Assembly (NCBI GenBank): GCA_035293105.1
Contig: DATDOV010000066.1
Span: 97,967-161,966, forward strand
Origin: Blastocatellia bacterium
GTDB lineage: Bacteria > Acidobacteriota > Blastocatellia > UBA7656
Direction: 5' to 3'
DNA: 64,000 bases
Shown here piece after piece: positions 56,807 through 64,000 of the stretch; position 1 is the stretch's first letter, and every line of letters starts with the position of its first letter. The translations under genes were made by a program, and so were the position numbers. Below the pieces are notes generated by a model. It was not told where the DNA came from. It saw only the letters and a program-made list of their open reading frames with translations, and ran no database searches.

Positions 56807-57934
56807 TCACGGCTTCTTACGCTTCTTCTCCTTCTCCTTCTCTTTCTCCATCTCGCGCTGTTTCATCATCTCTTCCTGCACCTCCGTCCACGTCGTCTGT
56901 CTCGCGAACGTCAGCTCTTCCCGATAGGTCGCGCTCACCGGCTTGCCGTTCAACAGCGCGGGCGAAAATCTGTACTGGCGAAATGCTTCGATCGCGCGAT
57001 CATCGATGACCGGGTCCAGCCCGCGCAAAACACGAACGTTGATGATCTTACCCTCGCCGGTGACTACGCCTCCCAGCAACACCGACCCCTGCACGTGACG
57101 GCCCGTCTCGAACTTCGGCGCGACCCGTTCGAGCGCCACCGGCGGAGTGAAGCGGTCGCCTTCGCTCATCTGAATCGGGCTGCCGTGTTCGTCGACCGGA
57201 TGCGAGAGCTCCTGCGGCCGGTTGCGAAGGTTCGCGACCGGCACGATCTCGGGCGTGACCGAAATCAGCAGCGTGCGCTCAACCGGCGCGGTCTCCTGGC
57301 CCCCGCCCGGACCGATGAAATACTTCAATCCGAACATGCCCTTTCCGCCGCGCAGCATCACCGTCTCGAAGTTCTCAAACTCGACCTCCTTCGCGTCGAG
57401 CAGCGGTTCGTTCCCGTATCGAGCGCGCATGTCGAGTTTCATGTATCCGCGCACGACCTCGCGGGGCGTTACCGAAAAGACCATGTACTCCGGCCCCAGC
57501 AGCACCGCGTCGTTGAACGCCTCGCCGTTGCGAAGTCCGACCGAGCGAATGTGCCGCACGTCGACGCCTTCCAGCTTGTATTTGTCCTTCAGGTGAGAAA
57601 TCTCTTCCTGGGCGGTCGAGTAGGTCCCAGTCAGCCGGAGAACCGGTTCGATCACCGGCGACCGCGCCGCGTCGTACTGATAAACGGCGAAGGTGAGGTT
57701 CACCGCGTACGGACGCCCTCCGGCGCGCGAGATGGGCGGCCCGCTCTGAGCAGAGGCGTACTGAGTCACGGCGAGGAGAAGTACGGCGAAAAGAGAGAGC
57801 AACCGCAGAGACCGAAGAGCGCAGAGGTCGCCGTGTCGCCGCGTCCCCGCGTCCCCGCGTCGTTTTGGTTGCGGCTGTAAGCCTCTGCTGCGTCCCTCCG
57901 CGGTGTTAATTCGTGTACCAATCATGAGGTTCAC
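56807..57934 (-). CDS. TonB-family C-terminal domain protein (energy transducer TonB-like).
   Basis: The C-terminal 90 aa match the TonB_C pattern (P.YP..A...g.eG.V.v.f.vd.dG.v.nv.v. ... SsG...LD.aAleAvr.w.f.Pa..nGkpV). The alternative ATG start at 57925 is more likely. Confidence 0.6.
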   Translation of the reverse strand: MNLMIGTRINTAEGRSRGLQPQPKRRGDAGTRRHGDLCALRSLRLLSLFAVLLLAVTQYASAQSGPPISRAGGRPYAVNLTFAVYQYDAARSPVIEPVLRLTGTYSTAQEEISHLKDKYKLEGVDVRHIRSVGLRNGEAFNDAVLLGPEYMVFSVTPREVVRGYMKLDMRARYGNEPLLDAKEVEFENFETVMLRGGKGMFGLKYFIGPGGGQETAPVERTLLISVTPEIVPVANLRNRPQELSHPVDEHGSPIQMSEGDRFTPPVALERVAPKFETGRHVQGSVLLGGVVTGEGKIINVRVLRGLDPVIDDRAIEAFRQYRFSPALLNGKPVSATYREELTFARQTTWTEVQEEMMKQREMEKEKEKEKKRKKP

Positions 57935-58782
57935 TCTCGGTCGGATTTGGCCTGCTCGGCCAGCATCAGCCTGTAGGCTTCGCTCTTCGTGATTCCGCGC
58001 GAGCGGGCGACGCGTTTGAGCGCGCTCTTACGGTCGATGCCTTGTTCGAGCATTAGCGCTTCAACCTCATTCAGGAGTGAGGCGGTCACGGGCCTGGTCA
58101 GATTATCATCGAGCGGCGGGCCGATGAGCAACACGATCTCCCCCTTCACCTGCGCGTCTTTCATCGCCTCTTCGATTTCCGCGAGGCTGCCTCGAAGAAA
58201 CTCCTCGTGGAACTTGGTCAACTCGCGCGCGATTACGCACTGGCGGTTGCCGAGAACTTCGAGCGCGTCGGTGATCGTCTGCGTGATTCGATGCGGGGCT
58301 TCATAAAATATGAGCGTTGCGCGACTCGTTGCGAGCTCGGCGAGCCGCGCACGCCGGGCCCCGCGCCGCGCAGGCAGGAATCCCGCGAAGGTGAACTGGT
58401 CGGTAGGCAGGCCCGACGCGGCGAGCGCGGTGATGAGCGCCGACGGTCCGGGTATCGATACGACGCGGATTCCGCGCTGAACGGCTTCGCGCACCAGTCT
58501 GTAGCCGGGGTCGGAGACGGTTGGGGTCCCGGCGTCGCACACGAGAGCGATATCGATCCCGGCTTCAAGCTTGTCCGCTAACCCGGCGGCGCGCGCGCGT
58601 TCGTTGTGCTCGTGGAGCGCAGTGAGCGGCTTCGAGATTTGATAATGCGAGAGCAGTTTGCGCGTGTGGCGAGTGTCTTCGCAGGCGATCAGGTCAACCT
58701 GTCGGAGAATACCGAGCGCCCGCATGGTTATGTCTTCGAGGTTGCCGATCGGGGTGGAGACAAGGTATAGGATGCCAGACAT
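57931..58782 (-). CDS. rsmI: 16S rRNA (cytidine1402-2'-O)-methyltransferase RsmI.
   Basis: The N-terminus (GILYLVSTPIGNLEDITMRALGIL) and the tetrapyrrole-methylase fold are conserved. Start taken at the family-typical Met rather than the ORF-track start. Confidence 0.8.
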   Translation of the reverse strand: MSGILYLVSTPIGNLEDITMRALGILRQVDLIACEDTRHTRKLLSHYQISKPLTALHEHNERARAAGLADKLEAGIDIALVCDAGTPTVSDPGYRLVREAVQRGIRVVSIPGPSALITALAASGLPTDQFTFAGFLPARRGARRARLAELATSRATLIFYEAPHRITQTITDALEVLGNRQCVIARELTKFHEEFLRGSLAEIEEAMKDAQVKGEIVLLIGPPLDDNLTRPVTASLLNEVEALMLEQGIDRKSALKRVARSRGITKSEAYRLMLAEQAKSDRE

Positions 58783-59114
58783 GAAAAACCATCCGCGAAT
58801 AATTGGAGTCATCACGAACGTGCGCCGAAGGCGCGTCGTCGGAAACGTCGGATTATAGCTCATTTGATAAATCGAGCGGCATTAATCGGTGCCTCGGTAG
58901 TCGGGTCAAAAACTGGTCGCGGTCTAGCCCGACTTAAAGAAGCGCTGAGAATTGCTTAGCTTACCCATTAGCTTATTAGCTTATCCAGAGGCTTGACAAG
59001 CTCTCCGACTTAGTGAAGCATTGAACCCCCCGTGAGATTTATCCACAAGAAAGGATGATCTTGCATTTCCATAACGGGAAGCTTAGCATCATAGTTTAGG
59101 AGGTACGAGGGTCA

Positions 59115-59348
59115 ATGGAATCCCACTTCTTGATTGGTAATCCATCGTTTCTATCTGGTATGTCCAGAACCCTCGATCTGCGAGGGGTGTTTGACGATTA
59201 TAACTATAGCCTGACACCGGAACAGGCTGATCAAATAGCGCTCTTCTTAGACTGGTACATGACGAGTCAAGATATTCAAGGCGCAGTCAAAGCGCACGAG
59301 ACAGAACGTAGCGCGGCGCTAGAGACTCTTTCGAGCGTAAGCCGATAA
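59115..59348 (+). CDS. AT-rich small hypothetical protein (77 aa).
   Basis: Strong AGGAGG ribosome-binding site 7 nt upstream of the ATG. No recognised family. Confidence 0.4.
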   Translation: MESHFLIGNPSFLSGMSRTLDLRGVFDDYNYSLTPEQADQIALFLDWYMTSQDIQGAVKAHETERSAALETLSSVSR

Positions 59349-59352
59349 TCGA

Positions 59353-59853
59353 ATGTCCGACCCCGAACGCCCCGACGACTCTCGTACAAACGCCGTTGAG
59401 GCATCTGAACCGACAGGTTCACCCCACATTATCCGCCAAGAAGTCATTGTTAAATACGAGGCTCCACTGCCGCCGCCAGGAATGATGGAGCACTACGAGC
59501 GGATACTGCCCGGTAGTGCTGACAGAATTGTTACAATGGCGGAAAAACAATCCGCACACCGCCAAGACATCGAATCGCGGGTCATCACATCGAATATTGG
59601 TAACGAGCGATTAGGGCAAATCTTTGCTTTTATTCTTGGCCTAATCGGGTTAATTGGAAGTATTGTGCTAGCATCTTTGGGCAGAATCTCGATTGGACTA
59701 ATAATGTTTCTTGCTATCTTGGTTAGTTTAGTTGCGGTCTTCATCGTGGGCAGATATGCACAAAGTAGAGAACGTGAAACTAAACTGGACAAGTTAAGGG
59801 ATGCGCTCAAGTCAGCCGCCGTCGAGCCTGAACATCCGACGCTGCCTAAATAA
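59353..59853 (+). CDS. DUF2335-family predicted membrane protein.
   Basis: PPPGMMEHYERILPGSADRIVTMAEKQSAHRQDIE matches the characteristic DUF2335 N-terminal block. Two TM helices follow. Confidence 0.6.
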   Translation: MSDPERPDDSRTNAVEASEPTGSPHIIRQEVIVKYEAPLPPPGMMEHYERILPGSADRIVTMAEKQSAHRQDIESRVITSNIGNERLGQIFAFILGLIGLIGSIVLASLGRISIGLIMFLAILVSLVAVFIVGRYAQSRERETKLDKLRDALKSAAVEPEHPTLPK

Positions 59854-60013
59854 CAGCGGCGCTAAGTCAGCAACACGCTAATACCTACTATCGGCGCCTC
59901 CGTGGACGCTACCAAGAAGGTCAGGCGCGCCGCCGCTATGGAGCATTCCGGTACTTATCGAGTATAATCCACCCTCTGATTAAGACATCTAATCGAGCCG
60001 AGAGGAGCAGACA

Positions 60014-60595
60014 ATGGACAATATTCAGATAAGAGCGGACGTCGACAGGAACGACATACAAGTCTGCCGCTTCACGGTTGACAGGGCGGTGCATTCGGGC
60101 TCGGATGCCTACGCCAGCCCTGAAGAGGCCAAAGCGGACCCCCTGGCGGACAAGATACTCAACATTCCAGGCATCGCGAAAGTCGAGCTCTCAGAGAACG
60201 TCGTCACTGTCACCCAGGACGCGGGGCAGGACTGGCGCCAGATCGGCAAACGAGTCGGCACGGCCATCCGGCACTTTATCAATCCGCCGCCGGAGATAGC
60301 CGAGGGTGACAGGCTTCCTTCCGAGGCCGTCAGGGAGCGAATTCAGCGGATTCTCGATACGCAGATCAACCCGGGCGTCGCCGCGCATGGAGGCTTCGTC
60401 GAGTTGATCGACGTCGCGGACGACACGATATACATTCGCATGGGCGGCGGGTGCCAGGGGTGCGGCGCGGCGGATGTGACTCTGAAGATGGGAGTCGAGC
60501 GATTGATCCGCGAAGAGGTGCCCCAGGTGCGCGAGATACTCGACACAACTGATCACGCCGGCGGCACGAATCCCTACTACGCGCCGTCGAAATAG
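60014..60595 (+). CDS. nfuA: NifU/Nfu-type Fe-S cluster scaffold protein (NfuA-like).
   Basis: C-terminal Nfu domain with the CQGC motif (YIRMGGGCQGCGAADVTLK). Confidence 0.8.
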   Translation: MDNIQIRADVDRNDIQVCRFTVDRAVHSGSDAYASPEEAKADPLADKILNIPGIAKVELSENVVTVTQDAGQDWRQIGKRVGTAIRHFINPPPEIAEGDRLPSEAVRERIQRILDTQINPGVAAHGGFVELIDVADDTIYIRMGGGCQGCGAADVTLKMGVERLIREEVPQVREILDTTDHAGGTNPYYAPSK

Positions 60596-60637
60596 GACAC
60601 GGCGATCACGAGTTTCGATTAAATCGGATTCAAGCAT

Positions 60638-60672
60638 CAAGCTCAGGCTGGCGACCGTGCCAGTCTGAGCTT
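60638..60672 (+). terminator. Rho-independent terminator after the nfuA-like gene.
   Basis: AGCTCAGGCTGGC gaccgt GCCAGTCTGAGCT (13-bp stem with 1 mismatch), followed by TGTGTTGTATTT. Confidence 0.55.
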
Positions 60673-60700
60673 GTGTTGTATTTGGAAGCGAGAGCGTCGA

Positions 60701-62014
60701 ATGGGAACGACCGTTGAGCGAAGCGCCCTCCCGCCGGTTCGCAAGACAGAAATCCTGGGCTGGTGCATGTACGACGTTGCGGACTCGGCGTTCACGACGG
60801 TCATCGTCACCGCGCTCTACGCCCCCTACTTCAGCAAGATAGTCGTCGGGAATTCGCAGCAAGGGGATTTCCTCTGGGGCCTGGCCGCTTCGATATCCGA
60901 ACTGGTCGTCGCCCTGCTCGCCCCGATCCTCGGCGCCATCGCAGACTTTTCCGGAAGCCGAAAGAAGTTCCTCGCGGTGTGCGCGGTGACGATCGTCTTC
61001 TTCACAGCCGCATTGTACTTCGTAGGGCCGGGAATGACGGCGATGGGGTTCGCGCTTTACGTTATTGCGAACATCGGGTTCTCGGGCGGCGGGGTGTTCA
61101 TCGACAGCTTCCTGCCGGGCATCTCGAACGAGAAGAACGTCGGGCGCCTATCCGGCCTCAAGTGGGGTATGGGATACGCGAGCGGCCTGGTGGCGACGGC
61201 GTTGTGCCTGCCGCTCTCGAAGGGCATCGTGGACAACCCGACGCCCGACGAGTTGTTCGAGGCGCGGCTGATCCCGGTCGTCGTCGCGGTTTACTACGCC
61301 GTCACGGTCATCCCGACTTTCGTATTCTTGCGCGACAGAAGCGTCAGGAAGCCTCTGCCCGCGGGCGAGGGCTACGTCACGGTCGGCTTCCGCCAGCTCA
61401 AGCGGACGCTCAAGCACATCCGGCGGTATCGCGAGCTGTTCAAGCTGCTCATCGCGTTTCTGGTGTACAACGACGGCATTGTGACCGTGATCTACTTCGC
61501 GGCGCTCTACGCTACGGAGACGATCAAGTTCACGACCGAAGAGGTCGCGGTGATGTTCATAGCGATGAACGTGATCGCTGCTGCGGGCGCTCTTTCATTC
61601 GGGCTACTCGCCGACCGCATCGGCCAGAAGCGAACCATCTTCATCTCGCTCGGCATATGGATGGCGGCGGTCGTGCTCGCGTACTTCGCGCACTCAAAAG
61701 GGAGCTTCTACGTCGTTGCGACGCTCGCGGGCATCGGGATGGGATCGTGTCAGTCGGTCACTCGCAGTCTGCTCGCGCTGTTCACGCCTAAAGAGAACGC
61801 CGCCGAGTTCTTCGGTTTTTTGGGCATCGCGGGCAAGGCGCTGGCGTTTCTGGGCCCGATCATCTTCGGAGTCGTCTCAAAGACGACGCACAGCCAGCGG
61901 CCGGCTATCCTCTCGGTGGGCACCTTCTTCGTCATTGGAGCGATCCTTCTCGCCTTCGTCAATGAGCGACGAGGCAAAGAGGCGAGCGCGATCCCGGTCG
62001 ACAGGGAGGTGTGA
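60701..62014 (+). CDS. MFS transporter (UMF1/Atg22-like subfamily).
   Basis: 12 TM helices. The N-terminal EILGWCMYDVADSAFTTVIVTALYAPYF is typical of the UMF1 family. Confidence 0.7.
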   Translation: MGTTVERSALPPVRKTEILGWCMYDVADSAFTTVIVTALYAPYFSKIVVGNSQQGDFLWGLAASISELVVALLAPILGAIADFSGSRKKFLAVCAVTIVFFTAALYFVGPGMTAMGFALYVIANIGFSGGGVFIDSFLPGISNEKNVGRLSGLKWGMGYASGLVATALCLPLSKGIVDNPTPDELFEARLIPVVVAVYYAVTVIPTFVFLRDRSVRKPLPAGEGYVTVGFRQLKRTLKHIRRYRELFKLLIAFLVYNDGIVTVIYFAALYATETIKFTTEEVAVMFIAMNVIAAAGALSFGLLADRIGQKRTIFISLGIWMAAVVLAYFAHSKGSFYVVATLAGIGMGSCQSVTRSLLALFTPKENAAEFFGFLGIAGKALAFLGPIIFGVVSKTTHSQRPAILSVGTFFVIGAILLAFVNERRGKEASAIPVDREV

Positions 62015-62095
62015 TGCCTGAAGCGTATTTGCGGAGAACCGCAACGCGTCCGTGAGCCTGCGACCTGCCTGCCATCACGAGTCGATCACGATTCC

Positions 62096-64000
62096 TCACG
62101 TGCTCTCGATATTCCAGATGTCTCTCGCGTATTCCCAGATGGTGCGGTCGCTCGAGAATTTGCCAATGCGGGCGACGTTCAGGATGGCTTTGCGCGCCCA
62201 CTTGTCGTGGTTGTTGAACAGGCGCGCGGCCCTTTCGTGCGCGTCGAGGTACGACGGCAGGTCGGCCAGATGAAAGTAGCAGTCGCCGCCGTCGACGATC
62301 GTTTGATAGATCCAGTCAAACAATCCCGGCTCGCGCGGATTGAACAGCCCGGCCGTGAACGAGTCCATCACCCGTTTCACAGCGCCATTCGTCTCGTAAA
62401 TCTCGCGCGGATTGTAAGAGCCTTCTTTTCGCAGCTCCCTGATCTGGTCGAATCTCAATCCGAAGGTGAAGATGTTGTCGGCGCCCACTTCTTCGAGTAT
62501 TTCGATGTTCGCGCCGTCGAGGGTGCCGATCGTCAGCGCACCGTTCATGGCGAACTTCATGTTACCGGTACCCGACGCTTCCATGCCGGCGGTTGAAATC
62601 TGCTCGCTCAAATCGGCCGCGGGTATGATCCTCTCCGCAAGCGACACGCGGTAATCGGGCACGAAGACGACCTTGATCTGCCCGCCGGTCCTCGGATCGC
62701 CGTTCACGACTTCGGCAACGCTGTTTATCAGCTTGATGATCTGTTTGGCGGCCCAATAGCTCGGCGCCGCCTTGCCCGCGAATATGTAAGTGCGCGGGAC
62801 GGTGGGCGGCCGGTTGTCCTCGATCAGGCAGAGGTATTCATGAATGATGTGCATGCAATTGAGCAACTGCCGCTTGTACTCGTGAATCCGCTTGACGTGA
62901 ACGTCGAAGAGCGAATCGGGATCGACGACAACGCCGGTCGTCTGGGCGATGAGCCTCGCGAGCCGTTCCTTGTTTGCGAGCCTGGCTTTCTTGAACTCGC
63001 CCTGAAAGACCGGATCGTCGCAGAACGGATCGAGGTCCCGGAGCTTTTCTAGATCGGTGATCCAGCGGTCCCCGATCGCCTCGGTGATCAGCTTCGACAG
63101 GTGAGGATTGGCCTTCAGCAACCACCGCCGCTGGGTCACGCCGTTGGTCTTGTTGTTGAACTTTGAGGGCCACAGTTGGTAGAAATCCGCCGCCAGCGAC
63201 GTTTCGATCAAGGCAGTGTGAAGCGCGGCGACGCCGTTGACCGAATGGCTTCCGACCATCGCCAGGTGCGCCATGCGAACGTGTTTGTGTTCGCCGTCCT
63301 CGAAGATCGACATGCGATCCAGGCGGTCGCGATCGTCGCCGAGTACCGTGATCACTTCGTCGAGAAACCTCCGATCTATCTCGTGGATGATCTGGAGGTG
63401 CCTCGGCAAAACGTATTCGATCAATGACTCGGGCCACTTTTCGAGTGCTTCGGGCAACAGCGTATGATTGGTGTAGGCGACGGTCTCGTGCGTGATCGCC
63501 CAGGCGGTTTCCCAACTCAACTCCTTTTCATCGACCAGCAGACGCATCAGCTCGGCTATCGCAAGCGCGGGATGAGTATCGTTGAGTTGAATGGCGACCT
63601 TCGACGGGAGGTCCTCCAGCCGCTCGTGGTCTTTAAGGTAGCGCCTGACGATGTCCCTGACGGCGCAGGCTACGAGGAAGTACTCCTGGACGAGCCGCAG
63701 CTCGCGGCCGGCCTTAACCGAGTCCGAGGGGTACAGGACCTTTGTGATCGTTTCGGTCGCGATCTTCTGCTCGACCGCTTTACGGTAGTCGCCGTTGTTG
63801 AAGACGGCGATGTCGAACTCCTGAGACGAGCGCGCGGAATACAATCTCAAGTAGTTGACCGTGCGCCCGCCGTATCCGACGACGGGCATATCGTTAGGGA
63901 CTCCGAGCATCACGTTGTAGTCCAGCCATACCGGATGCGGATTGCCATCGCGGTCGTGGACATCCTCGATCTTGCCGTAGACTGGAATGACGCATGCCTC
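62096..64000 (-). CDS. glgP: Glycogen/alpha-glucan phosphorylase. The 5' end is truncated by the window edge.
   Basis: Strong family conservation, including the pyridoxal-phosphate lysine region (EASGTGNMKFAMNGALTIGTLDGANIE). The frame stays open upstream of 63913 to the window end (... EACVIPVYGKIEDVHDRDGNPHPVWLDYNV ...). Confidence 0.85.
   Translation of the reverse strand, partial: EACVIPVYGKIEDVHDRDGNPHPVWLDYNVMLGVPNDMPVVGYGGRTVNYLRLYSARSSQEFDIAVFNNGDYRKAVEQKIATETITKVLYPSDSVKAGRELRLVQEYFLVACAVRDIVRRYLKDHERLEDLPSKVAIQLNDTHPALAIAELMRLLVDEKELSWETAWAITHETVAYTNHTLLPEALEKWPESLIEYVLPRHLQIIHEIDRRFLDEVITVLGDDRDRLDRMSIFEDGEHKHVRMAHLAMVGSHSVNGVAALHTALIETSLAADFYQLWPSKFNNKTNGVTQRRWLLKANPHLSKLITEAIGDRWITDLEKLRDLDPFCDDPVFQGEFKKARLANKERLARLIAQTTGVVVDPDSLFDVHVKRIHEYKRQLLNCMHIIHEYLCLIEDNRPPTVPRTYIFAGKAAPSYWAAKQIIKLINSVAEVVNGDPRTGGQIKVVFVPDYRVSLAERIIPAADLSEQISTAGMEASGTGNMKFAMNGALTIGTLDGANIEILEEVGADNIFTFGLRFDQIRELRKEGSYNPREIYETNGAVKRVMDSFTAGLFNPREPGLFDWIYQTIVDGGDCYFHLADLPSYLDAHERAARLFNNHDKWARKAILNVARIGKFSSDRTIWEYARDIWNIEST

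Overview
This is a high-GC bacterial chromosomal segment. Its gene content (a TonB-dependent receptor with a carboxypeptidase-regulatory N-domain, many TPR and beta-propeller proteins, NfeD and flotillin) suggests an Acidobacteria-like organism. About 55 protein-coding genes are densely packed on both strands. I found no rRNA or tRNA genes and no CRISPR array.

Most of the window is ordinary metabolism and envelope functions:
- 514-7841: proline-racemase-family enzyme, phosphotriesterase-like lactonase, acyl-CoA ligase.
- 12226-15880: two-component system.
- 21496-25062: two crotonases, a MurK-MurQ fusion.
- 30598-32794: NfeD and flotillin.
- 40683-43760: TonB-dependent receptor.
- 44328-51792: luciferase-like-monooxygenase (LLM) oxidoreductase, cyclase, FAD monooxygenase, OYE reductase and Tag glycosylase cluster.
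- 51957-53273: nucleotide-sugar dehydrogenase.
- 60014-64000: rsmI, an NfuA-like protein and glycogen phosphorylase.

Several regions differ in composition and look like accessory DNA:
- A two-gene island at 8275-12029 with visibly lower GC. It encodes a 1011-aa protein carrying gamma-class N6-adenine methyltransferase motifs (HYTPR, DPACGAGxFL, NPPW) in a Type IIG-like layout. A 240-aa protein with a PD-(D/E)xK-like signature follows with a 4-bp overlap. This is my best candidate for an uncharacterised restriction-modification or defence module.
- A GxxExxY (PD-(D/E)xK-like) gene at 20965-21333, bracketed by four inverted arrays plus one solo array of a triple CACGAAG heptad. The arrays form two tandem ~185-bp MITE-like units.
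- A low-GC islet at about 32.8-36.5 kb containing a PIN-like remnant, a 127-bp element with perfect 23-bp terminal inverted repeats, a helical protein plus HNH endonuclease pair, a frameshifted HigA-like antitoxin with a 13-bp tandem duplication, and two AT-rich orphan genes.
- An AT-rich islet at 58.9-60.0 kb with a DUF2335 gene.
- A family of about 80-bp composite palindromic REP-like intergenic repeats, three copies. Two of them create false 5' extensions in the ORF track.
- A remnant TIR-like plus TPR pseudogene next to nested GC hairpin repeats.
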